The position numbers were made by a program, and so were the translations under genes. A DNA stretch of 64,000 nt from Epithemia pelagica (Eukaryota; Protista; Bacillariophyta), in assembly GCA_946965045.2 (NCBI GenBank), contig OX337236.1, forward strand, positions 1,364,001 through 1,428,000, written 5' to 3'. The notes under the pieces were generated by a model. The model saw only the letters and a program-made list of their open reading frames with translations, was not told the DNA's origin and did no database searches. Position 1 is the stretch's first letter; each line of letters starts with the position of its first letter. Below are positions 34,207-44,091 of this stretch, in pieces.

Positions 34207-34956
34207 CTAATCACAGGAGAATGGTAGTGGATTCACTTCCTTGCTGCAATAAGAGCAGCTGTCGCACGACATGGGTGACCCCTCACCACGATAGGGGCAT
34301 GCCCTCAACATCTCCAGGGTTTGCTGGGTCAGAGCGCACCCAAGTTGTGGCATGGTACCCGAAACAAAGATATGGTCCATCAACAGCTGTTCCAGTTGAG
34401 CAGGGTCAGCAATGGGGGTATCATGAACTTGCAAAGATGTCAGTTGCTTGCTTGAGAAGACCCAGCTCGTATGGAATACTTTCGGTTACTTTGGGATTAG
34501 GGGAGAAATCGAGTTCCTTCAAGTGCAACGAACCAGAAAGCTCGAGTGGGATGGATCCACTCAAGTTGTCATGATTGAAAATCAGACCCCGAATCTTGCC
34601 TGACGCCAGTGGCATCGTTTCAAGGGGCTTTTACTGAACCATTTTTCATCTGCGATCCGAGCCGCTTCTCCAAATATAAAGAGGACATAAACTTGACCAA
34701 ATTCCGAGTCCCAGCTACAAGGGGATGAGACTGCAATGTCATTGCCGGGACTACTCGCAAAATAGCTCGCGGCCTGGAAATGTACATCATCTGGTTGGAT
34801 CTCGTCAACCCAGACAGAGTCATTGCGCAGTGTTTGATTGCACCCATGAGATCCGAGGGACTGTGTTGATTTGAGGGGGATTGGGGGAGGAAAGGAAGTG
34901 GGAGTTGGGTAATTGGAGGGAGGAGAGGCAGTGGGGGTGCCGTTGAAAGTCTTCAT
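34207..34956 (-). pseudogene. Degenerate fragment of a diatom-type LRR receptor-like gene
   Basis: PT/SP-rich linker, a pre-LRR cap-like segment (..WFSKSPLKRCHW) and the LRR unit NLSGSIPLELSGSLHLKELDF..TESIPYELGLL, spread over three frames with stops. Confidence 0.65.
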
Positions 34957-35519
34957 ATGTGAAAAAGTGATGAGATATGAAATAGTTATTTCCCGCAGCT
35001 AAAGAACATGGAAAGGTAACGGAGTTTTTTCCTTCTGAGCTCGCATGTGAACCACCACCAATCCCCTTGGAAATGCAATATCATCGACTGCTATCGAAAC
35101 AGTATACCATGGGAAGCATTACTATATTACCACGACTATGCAATATCAACGACAGCGGCGCCCGTCACTTCTAAAAGCATTCCAATCCATCCTGTGCTAT
35201 TTAGACGAGGATAATTTAGACCGTCATGTTTATTTTCTCATGTTAGAGGTAATTCTCTTCGTCAAATAAATTCATGGATCTCTGTTGCGATTTCCCTTGC
35301 CGACAATACGGATACGCGACTGGGTTGGAATCCGCGAGCGGCCCAGCGACTGAGATCTTTTGGCAGTTTCTCCACGATCAAAATGTGGATCGTGGTCGAG
35401 TGATGGACCAAACATGTTCATGTTGCAAGTTGCAAAATAAAGTAGACAACCATTGGTTCTGTGATCTTTGCTTGGACAAGAGATACAGCCCTTGCAGGAG
35501 GCAACAGCGGTGAAGAAGA

Positions 35520-36825
35520 ATGTTTCACGATGAAATTTTCGGAATCCAAGAAACGTACACTACTTTTTCCGTGATGGCATGTTTGTTGCTGGTATCGTTG
35601 ATCATGTTCTCAATACTGGTAACCTCAGAGGACAACTCATTAAGGAACAAAAAGTGCGAAAGCTGTGAAGACAAACCGCTTAGCAGTGAGAAAATTGACC
35701 TGGTGGCCAATCGACAGGTGAGTCGACGGTTGAGTGTCAGATAGAAGGTCGCTGGTGCTGGTTCTTCCCCGCCCCTGAGTCGGATTTTCTCCGTTATTTT
35801 CATAGTGGAAAGCGCTCAGAACATGGATTGTCTTCCACCCAGATGAAATGGTAAAAATAGATCGAAATGGACATAGCATCCTGCACCATGCTTGTCTTTT
35901 TCGCGCTCCAGCAGACATTATACAGATGATTTTGTGGCAAGCTCCAGAACTGGCTGGAATATCCAATCCTGATGGCGAAGTTCCTCTTCATTGGGCTGTT
36001 CGTCTGGCTGCTCCTAATGAGCAAATCGAAAGCCTTGTTGCGGCTTGTCCAGAGGCTGCAACTTGGGCCAAAGACAAGAATGGTAAGCTTATGTGCACGA
36101 AGATTCTTTCGTTTGCTGTTTCTATACGCAACCCTCAACGTGTTGTCATTGTTTCTTATCGGATAGGCTTAACGCCGCTTTCGTTGCTCTGGGATCGCTT
36201 CCGGGACCATATTTTGGACCTATGGTGGAGAGATAGTCGCAAAGTTCAGTCACTCCATTCTTGGAAACGTCTCATGCTCCTGTTCCCTCATCGATCGCAT
36301 GGTCCCAATCAAGATGAAAAAGAAGAGGAAGGCTTTTTCGAAACACTTCTCCATGTTGCCTGTGAATCTCCATGCCCTGTGGGTTTGTTTCCTCTTCTGG
36401 TCCAGATTTTCCGGCAAGACGTTTTGATCAAAGACACCGACGGTCGCCTCCCCCTACATCGAGCATGTTCGAACGCCATCTCAAACCGTTCGTCAGACGT
36501 TTCCTCGAAAGTTCAATTACTTCTCCAGGTTAGCAAGGAATCTGCTAGTTCCAGGGACGTGGAAGGACGCACCCCATTCCATGTAGCATTGGAAGCAGGT
36601 ATCTCGTGGGACGAAGGACTGTGCGAACTCGTTCAATCGAACCCCTCCCTGCTGAATGGAAGAGATCCCAGAACAAATTTGGATCCCGTTCTTTTGGCTG
36701 CCACTGCGGAAAATGGCGTCACAACAGATAAGCCTCTCTATGTGTCGACGGAGGGCATCAAGAATCCTCTAGACACAGTGTACAAGTTGCTCCGTATGGA
36801 TCCATCTCGAATAGCATCACTCTAG
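35520..36825 (+). CDS. Ankyrin-repeat-like protein with an N-terminal TM anchor
   Basis: GHSILHHAC, GEVPLHWAV, GRLPLHRAC and GRTPFHVAL. In-frame introns 35718-35805 and 36083-36166. Confidence 0.88.
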
Positions 36826-36953
36826 ACAGAAAGAATGACATCATTCAAGGCTGTAGTCCTACTTGGGAGAACGAAGACCCAGCAGTAGATATGATAAACA
36901 TAGAATGGCAAATTTGGTCCAACAGAGAATGGACAAACCAGCAACGCGAAATT

Positions 36954-37421
36954 CTATCTTTCTCCTTGGGGTTCCTGCTGTTGCTGACGCTCCTGTGCTT
37001 CTCTTTTCAACTTTCTTAGGTATCGCCGAACTTTTTGTTCATTTCTTTTTTCAGTCTCCGCATCGCTTACAGTAAGGCGTACGCCGCCACCCCATCCACC
37101 AGGTCCCACCTTTTGTTCTTTTCCGTCTACTAACCGTGTGTTGCCAAAGACGGCACCGTCCTCTGCCGTGGTCGCGTCGTTGGCTGAGTTTTTGTTTTTG
37201 TATTTGTCTGGTAATAGTTCACCATTGACTCCTGTCGCCTTTTCCGCTTGTTTCAGATTCCAGTCCAAAAGATAAAATGCACCAATGATTGGAATAGAGA
37301 AATAGATGCCAGTCATGATGTACCTGCCCCAGGCGGGCAAGGGAACGCGAAATCCTTCATGGACATAGCGTTTCAGACGTTCGTGGCGAAGATGAAGCTC
37401 CATCAACGTCTTATATATCAT
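36954..37421 (-). CDS. Small single-TM hypothetical protein
   Basis: 155-aa ORF with one TM segment (YIMTGIYFSIPIIGAFYLL) and a charged C-terminal helix. Confidence 0.7.
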   Translation of the reverse strand: MIYKTLMELHLRHERLKRYVHEGFRVPLPAWGRYIMTGIYFSIPIIGAFYLLDWNLKQAEKATGVNGELLPDKYKNKNSANDATTAEDGAVFGNTRLVDGKEQKVGPGGWGGGVRLTVSDAETEKRNEQKVRRYLRKLKREAQERQQQQEPQGER

Positions 37422-37970
37422 TATCGCTTTGTGTGTAGTAGAATGTCTGATAGGATAGGTTTTATTTGCATAAGAAGCCTGCGTCTTCGTGGTTACTTAG
37501 CAACGCGGTGGAAGTTGTTGCGTGATGATTGGTGGGTCCATGGCAACGTGAATGGAGTCCCGCTAGGCATCGTATTGAAGTGCGACCACGTTCGTCAATC
37601 GCCAAATACGTGGTTTCCACCTGGATATGCCCTTCTTTCTGTTCGGTGTTCGCTCGTGTCGCCTTTCAACCTGGGCAACGGCCTCTAATGCGCGTAGCTA
37701 TTACGTTGGACGTGGTAGATTTTTGGCTGATGACTCATGGTTTGCCTCTAAACTCAATTCTCCCACTTTTAGAATCGAGAAACGAGAAGCAGCATTCCAT
37801 TACAGAAGAGAATGTTGAGCTTCTTCGGACAGAGTAAATCAATCTCAATCTGTTGACCTGTGATCTCGTCGATCTAGTTGGATTTCCAATTCTGAAGCCC
37901 ACTCTGCTGGTCTCCTCATAATTATTCCGACGAGTCCTTTCCACGACTTTGTTTTAAGGCGACAATAACA

Positions 37971-40310
37971 ATGAGTGAAGTAGTCATCGGTGATGAGAAT
38001 GCTCGTGGCAGACAAGGAGAAGAGCTGTGGGCAGCACAATTATCATCTTTTGGAACTGTGCAACAAGATTCACTGGGCATAACGCAATCAGAGAGCATCG
38101 TTGGAGAAGATTGGTCTCAGTTTGTGGGCGAAGAAGATGCGACGAATAGTTTGGTGGGCGATACTGCTTCGTCTCGTGCTGCCGGTTCTTCTACAATGGC
38201 ACGGACAGACTCTACCGGAGCCTCTCCCAAACAAATGGTGATTGAACTTCCTCCGTCACTCCATCCAGCCGTGTCGGAAGGAATGAAGCGTATTTCATCG
38301 TGTTACTACTCGATCCATTCTACGTCAAGTGCCAATAGCATTTCGGGTGTAGATCAGCGAGGTGGCGCCGGTTTGACTGGGAATACAAGTCTGGCAGACA
38401 TTTTAGCCTTTTTGGATTGTCAAAACGACGAGGAGGGAAGTTTGGGTTCCTTATCGCGCCATGCTTCCCATGCCAGCCTTAGCTCTTTTGCCGAGAATCA
38501 AACGCAGTTGAGCGGAGGTTTAGTGGAAGATTTGCTTTATCATGATATTCTCATGAATGTTTTCAGTTTTCTCGATATTGATTCGCTCTCCGCTTTCTCC
38601 GAAACAGGGAGACGTCCTAACTTTGAAGTATTTTACTTTCTGCAACTGCAACTCCAAAGAGCTCTTTTGCTTTCATCCGCCCCGACAGATGATCATGGTC
38701 TCACTCCCATTGAAGGTACAAGCCGCCTAGCCCGCTTGGCTCGAACAGAGTATAAAACAGCCGAAGAGGTGGTTCAAGGATATCTCGATTCGAATACATC
38801 TTTGAAACAAATGCCGTTGTCTCATTCCCTGGAATACATTCGACAAGTGCTCATGAGACAGAGAATACTGATCAACAACAAATTCAATAATGCTGATGGC
38901 ACACAACAACAGCATCAAGGTGGAAAGGATACTTCTCTCTTCTCAGGGGCCGCTCTGTTAATTGCATTGATTGGAGCGGCGTCATTCATGAACTCGGACG
39001 CAATGACAATGATGAATGTAGATTCCTTTATGCCCCCCGCTGCAGAACTTCCAAACATGTTGTTTCGTGTTGGATTTGTCGGTAGTCTCATGAGTGCGGT
39101 ACGATCCTTTGCTTCTCGCAACAGTTCTCCGCCGTCGAACCAGACCTATAATAATAATCCGTCAGGTGGAGACATGAAACAGCGGGCGGCCTTGATGAAA
39201 CAGCAGGCAGAACAATTTGCAAACAACATTATGCATGCCTTTATAGTTTTGCTTCAAGATGGCGAGAAACTTCAAGATGCCGGCTCACAGGATAAAAGGA
39301 GCATGACGTCGAGTATGCGATCCATGATGATTGGAATGATTCGTACTGCCTACGCCACTGCGTATGGTCACCATATCCTGGAAAATGGCACGTTTCCCAT
39401 GTATGCGGGTTCGCAACGTCGGGGGCGAGGACCAGTCCTCGTCTCATCGAATCCATACGATCATCTCCCACCAACTGTGAAAGAAGAGGAAGAGGCCGAA
39501 ACGTCAGATGACACCCCACTGTCACCTAAGGGGCAGGGTGAAACCGTTTCCAATGCCAAGGAAATCGAGGAAAATAACGTCGTACGAGATGAGGTTGAGA
39601 AAGTTGGTGACAACGATCCTCTAGAAGAAGAAGAAGAAAAACAAGCAGAGGAAGAACCAGTGAAAAAGACTCCAACAGGATGCGTTGGAGCCTACCGACG
39701 CGCGGTCTCTCAGGCAAACAACCGGTTGATTGAATTGGTAAAAGAGGAGCGCTTAGCCAAGTACAACAAACTGAGCGAGGCCGAACAGCGTCGGTTGGGA
39801 ACGGCATTACTTGATGCATGCCGGTCAGATGATGGTTTGGAAGATGTCAAGAGTATAGTGAATGGAGGAATTGATGTCGAAGACTTTTACTTTTCCAGCG
39901 ATGGCACGGAAAACAGCCCCTTGCATGCTGCGGCCTTTCATGGTGCATCGTCTGTACTGCATTACCTTTGCCAAGGCCTGGAGGACGACGAACGAAAAAG
40001 TCGCGACGGGGGCTTGTGCCAAGTCAATTTGAGAGATGCCAATGGTTGGACGGCTTTGCATTTTGCGGCCGGTACCAACTCGACGAAATGCATCCAAGTG
40101 CTGGAACAACATGGGGCGGACTTGAGCATTGAAGCGGCCAATGGGTACACACCACTCCAATGGGCGGTTCGTCTCCAAAACTCGGAGGTGGCCGAAGAAT
40201 TGAGGGAAATGCTATCCAAGCAAGATGGTCGGCCGAATTCCAAGAGAAAGAAGAAGAAACAGTCACTGGATCTATCGCGTCTCTTGTTTGATCACCGTGG
40301 TCGTGGATAA
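37971..40310 (+). CDS. F-box-like plus C-terminal ankyrin-repeat protein (779 aa)
   Basis: LYHDILMNVFSFLDIDSL F-box-like motif. Ankyrin repeats SPLHAAAFHG, GWTALHFAA and GYTPLQWAV. Central hydrophobic stretch. Confidence 0.88.
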   Translation: MSEVVIGDENARGRQGEELWAAQLSSFGTVQQDSLGITQSESIVGEDWSQFVGEEDATNSLVGDTASSRAAGSSTMARTDSTGASPKQMVIELPPSLHPAVSEGMKRISSCYYSIHSTSSANSISGVDQRGGAGLTGNTSLADILAFLDCQNDEEGSLGSLSRHASHASLSSFAENQTQLSGGLVEDLLYHDILMNVFSFLDIDSLSAFSETGRRPNFEVFYFLQLQLQRALLLSSAPTDDHGLTPIEGTSRLARLARTEYKTAEEVVQGYLDSNTSLKQMPLSHSLEYIRQVLMRQRILINNKFNNADGTQQQHQGGKDTSLFSGAALLIALIGAASFMNSDAMTMMNVDSFMPPAAELPNMLFRVGFVGSLMSAVRSFASRNSSPPSNQTYNNNPSGGDMKQRAALMKQQAEQFANNIMHAFIVLLQDGEKLQDAGSQDKRSMTSSMRSMMIGMIRTAYATAYGHHILENGTFPMYAGSQRRGRGPVLVSSNPYDHLPPTVKEEEEAETSDDTPLSPKGQGETVSNAKEIEENNVVRDEVEKVGDNDPLEEEEEKQAEEEPVKKTPTGCVGAYRRAVSQANNRLIELVKEERLAKYNKLSEAEQRRLGTALLDACRSDDGLEDVKSIVNGGIDVEDFYFSSDGTENSPLHAAAFHGASSVLHYLCQGLEDDERKSRDGGLCQVNLRDANGWTALHFAAGTNSTKCIQVLEQHGADLSIEAANGYTPLQWAVRLQNSEVAEELREMLSKQDGRPNSKRKKKKQSLDLSRLLFDHRGRG

Positions 40311-40857
40311 TCGAAACGGCGAGCAACTATTTTTCTTGCACAATGCCTTTTCACGCGTTTGCTGCAAAAGGGGATGGAACGCTGTTGGTTTTGGCCCCAT
40401 GCTAGAAATGGGAATTCCATCCACTGAATAGAAATTTGGATATCCATTCGACGGACGACGGATCAGCCTCCAGTGCATTCCATTGGCATACGCACATACA
40501 CAGGATAGAGTGAGAAGACACCGCAAGACTCCGAGAGGCGACTGTCATTATACATAACACTTTAGGTTACTGGCCAACAAGGGCTACTGATTCATAGAAT
40601 AACGCTTTACTGTGACCCATACTTTTTCGACTGTAGTGGCGAGAATTTGTCTTAACTGAACCAGTGACAAAAATAGGTAACATGTGAGTAGTACTTACCA
40701 AGTGCTGCAAGAGTCCACCGGGAATAACACAGAATACTTTAACACAAAATCAATCGCTGCAAACCAACACAAAACGAAGCAAACAAGTTGTCAGTAACGC
40801 CACAGCACACGCTGGAATCTCCCCGTGGTAGTTTTCACCTGTGGTAGAATCAATGAA

Positions 40858-42387
40858 TTAATCGTCGTAGAACACCAAGGGTGGTTCGGTCTCGACCTCC
40901 ACTCCTTTGGTGTCGTTGCTTTTACTGCTTGTCTTGTTGTTGTTGCTGTTGCTATGATTGACGACAAAGGTCTTGTTCTTGTGATACACGTGAGGCAGGG
41001 TACAATCTTTGAGAGTACAATATCCGGTTTGGGCAAACCGGGGACAGGGTTCCGTGGAGGAAGACTTGACATGTCGAAAGGGACAATTTTCATTGAGACA
41101 CATACCATTGTGATGGACAAAGTAATAACAGGTTGGTCGTGCGGCTTCCGAGGGTACATCGTGACGGAGCAAACAGTCTTCCTTGGTACATTTCATGCCC
41201 TTGGCAAACATGGGGCAAATGCGAGTGGTATCCGTTGTAGGAACGCGAATTAAGCGCCTTTTACGGAGAGCTGGATGCGAAAACGTCTTGGAGCGAGTTG
41301 GTTGACAATAGGCAAAGGTGGTGAGTACGGCCGTGGAATCAGGAGTGTCATCGTCTTCTTCTGCAGTGTTTTCCCCGTCATTGACAAGCGTTTCCGTGTT
41401 CTGGTCGACTTGTTTGGAGTTTTCAATCGTTTCTTCCTCGTCCTCATTGCTGGTAGTGGCTGAAGCGGCGATTCGGATCCGTTTGGCATATTTCAGACTC
41501 GCCGCATTCACTCGAGGTTTTTTCTTTCGTTTCCATGCACTTGTATCCAAGGCATGAGTCATTATCTTCTTCTTCTTTCCCCTGTTTGTCCCTACGTGAG
41601 TGGGTGCAATGAGTTTGTGGCGTCCCCTTCGTTTCAGGTCAGGTTGCAGGGCAGCACTGACACCAGACGGTACTTGCTTCTCGTTTGGTTGAGCCGGGGC
41701 AGTGTGTGGTTTCGGATGGACTAATTTGTGGCTTCCGAGACGAGTCCATCCAGCAGCGTCAGTGGGATCCGCGGTTGGTTCCGGCCCGTTGTTGGTGGGT
41801 TGTTTTGTCGCCGGAGATGTCGTTTGGTCTTGGTTACTGCTGGACGAACCACCGGCGTCCGGGTCCATGTTCGTGCTGCCTCTTCTCCATGTATGATTAC
41901 CAGTGCGAGTCCGCTTGTGAACTGGCTGTTTCAATTGCTGGTTTGGAGTTTGCAATGTCGGAGGTGGTCCCGAGGATTCTGTAGTAGTAGTTGTTGTTGT
42001 TCTGGTAGAGGAAAGGGGTCGTGGTCGTTTCCACGACATGCGTGGTGCTGGTCCTTTGAGAATGGGACGATGCACCGAGGATTCCGTCTCTTGCCTCGTC
42101 GTAGAGCTACTACTACCAGTGGTGGTGGTAGTAGAGGGTGTGGTGTCAGATTCCGTCCTTCCTTTGCTTGTCGTGGTAGTAGGCGGTACGGTTTGGTCCT
42201 GGTTCGACGACAAAGAATGTTGGTTGTCGTTGTCGTTGTTGTGGTTGGTCGCTCCTCGAACCCATTTGTTGCCATGGCTCCTTGATGCTTTGTTTCGAGA
42301 CCATTGAAGATGATTCTGCGGAAATGATCGATGGGAATGAGTGGCGTGCAATATGGATGGGTGATTGACGTTCTGCCGCGACGTCAT
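40858..42387 (-). CDS. CCCH zinc-finger protein with three C-terminal C3H1 fingers and a long low-complexity N-terminus
   Basis: CPMFAKGMKCTKEDCLLRH, CYYFVHHNGMCLNENCPFRH and CPRFAQTGYCTLKDCTLPH. Confidence 0.88.
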   Translation of the reverse strand: MTSRQNVNHPSILHATHSHRSFPQNHLQWSRNKASRSHGNKWVRGATNHNNDNDNQHSLSSNQDQTVPPTTTTSKGRTESDTTPSTTTTTGSSSSTTRQETESSVHRPILKGPAPRMSWKRPRPLSSTRTTTTTTTESSGPPPTLQTPNQQLKQPVHKRTRTGNHTWRRGSTNMDPDAGGSSSSNQDQTTSPATKQPTNNGPEPTADPTDAAGWTRLGSHKLVHPKPHTAPAQPNEKQVPSGVSAALQPDLKRRGRHKLIAPTHVGTNRGKKKKIMTHALDTSAWKRKKKPRVNAASLKYAKRIRIAASATTSNEDEEETIENSKQVDQNTETLVNDGENTAEEDDDTPDSTAVLTTFAYCQPTRSKTFSHPALRKRRLIRVPTTDTTRICPMFAKGMKCTKEDCLLRHDVPSEAARPTCYYFVHHNGMCLNENCPFRHVKSSSTEPCPRFAQTGYCTLKDCTLPHVYHKNKTFVVNHSNSNNNKTSSKSNDTKGVEVETEPPLVFYDD

Positions 42388-42633
42388 GTTCTAGAATCGA
42401 TGAAATGAAACTGTCATGGTCGGATTATGCGTGAAATGAATGCGTGCATGATGTGCGCAAAACTCTGGTGGGGGAGCAAACGCAGGCGTGACAAAGCCGG
42501 CACGCTCGAAAGTAACTGTCTATGTGCGCAGGACTCCCCTTCTGTCCGTCGAAGTTCAGTCGCGTATGAGTCTGGCGTCTGGCGTCGCTCGTCATCTCGC
42601 TGACTGTGCCTGTGCAGTGTTCTGTCGAAGTAT

Positions 42634-43573
42634 TAGAGGTGGCTCCAGCGGTAAGCGGACGCGCAGCTCCAGCGCTGGAGCTCTAGCGCTGGAGAAACTC
42701 CAGCAGAGATTTTCTGTTGCGAGAAAAGAGCGCTACATTGGTCGCCGTTCGCTGTGACTGTTGCCGGTTGCATGTCATTCATTTGCTCCGCTCTGGTCAT
42801 TGCTGACCCTGTGTCATTCATTTGCTCCACACTGCCTTCCACAATGTCTGATTACAATGATGATGATGACTCATCAAAGCTCTTATATGGATGGCACTTC
42901 GAAGGCCACGCAGAAAAATTAGGTTCTCTCGGATGGATACAACAGGCCACCCATCATTGTATCATACGGAGGAGAGGATATTGATGTAACCCAAAAGTAT
43001 AAAAAGCTGAGACTGAAATTGAAGTTAGTGACACACTAGGAAATATCCTGGAAAATGAAGACAGTGACGGAGAAGAAATGACGAGCTATGCGGGTCATGT
43101 TCCATTTCAAACCATCTGCCATCTTGAAATGGATAGGTTTCGTAGATCCAAGGGACTCAAGTTGTCATATAAAGTCAATGATACAACAAGATTCACGGAT
43201 CCTTTGGCGTCATGGTGGAAGATGAAAGTAAGTGAATTTCCCAACATTTGGCGCCTAGCAAGAAAATTTGCGTTGCCTGCGACTGCTGCCTCTTCTGAAC
43301 GGGCATTCAGTATTGCAGGACTGATCATACCTGCGAAACAAGCATCACTGGACCCTTCCACCGTTACAGATTTACATTTTTTACGTGAGAATTGGGAACA
43401 TGTGTTCTCACCATAAGATAGATACACTAGGAGTAGCTTCTAGCTAAGCATTTTCATTCTGGTAGCATGGGTAGTCTATTCTCCAGCTGGAGGCGCTCAC
43501 CTAGCTCCAGCAGAGACGTCTCCAGCGCTTACCTAGCTCCAGCAGAGATGAGCTGTTGCTGGAGCCACCTCTA
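42634..43573 (+). mobile_element. Non-autonomous hAT DNA transposon (940-bp internal-deletion derivative)
   Basis: Perfect 16-bp TIRs TAGAGGTGGCTCCAGC (42634-42649, inverted at 43558-43573). Perfect 8-bp TSD CGAAGTAT (42626-42633 and 43574-43581). About 10 subterminal CTCCAGC/GCTGGAG motifs and an internal hATC remnant. Confidence 0.96.
43078..43416 (+). pseudogene. hAT transposase C-terminal dimerisation-domain remnant
   Basis: DPLASWWK...FPNIWRLARKFALPATAASSERAFSIAG...LDPSTVTDLHFL. The catalytic core is absent. Confidence 0.9.
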
Positions 43574-43838
43574 CGAAGTATGTCGTATGAAAACAACTCA
43601 TCCCAGAATCTCGCTGAAGATACAATATCTTTAATAGTAACATTATTGATACTCTCTGGAGAGTTCAAGCCGCGACCGACGGACACGGGTCATTTTAGAA
43701 CGAGGTGCGTTCTTCGTTCTTCCTCTTTTTGGTTCACCTCATCTCCACAACTTCACACCGAAACAACGAACAGACACAAAACAGGACAAGGCCGTTTCCT
43801 CCGAAAAAAGGGCAACAAGAGAGTCCTTGGGTTGTTGG

Positions 43839-43839
<1 letters not shown>

Positions 43840-43875
<36 letters not shown>
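43840..43875. repeat. (GCT)12 microsatellite
   Basis: Direct count of 12 perfect GCT units, about 216 bp upstream of the PA200 ATG. Confidence 0.97.
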
Positions 43876-43877
<2 letters not shown>

Positions 43878-44091
43878 TGCTTCTGGAGGAGCAGGACCAC
43901 CGCAAGCTAGAGGAATTACCAGTTCTGGGCGTTTCGAAACGGACCAAGTTCGAGCCACGACAACGGGTGGTTTCTCTCATTGGAAGTTGGCTGTTTCTTT
44001 TACTCTGCCGTTTGAGTAATCCACCTCTTTCTTATTTGTTTGCAAACAAAGGATTCCAGAGACCGAAGCATCATCAAGACTTGAGTCAACA

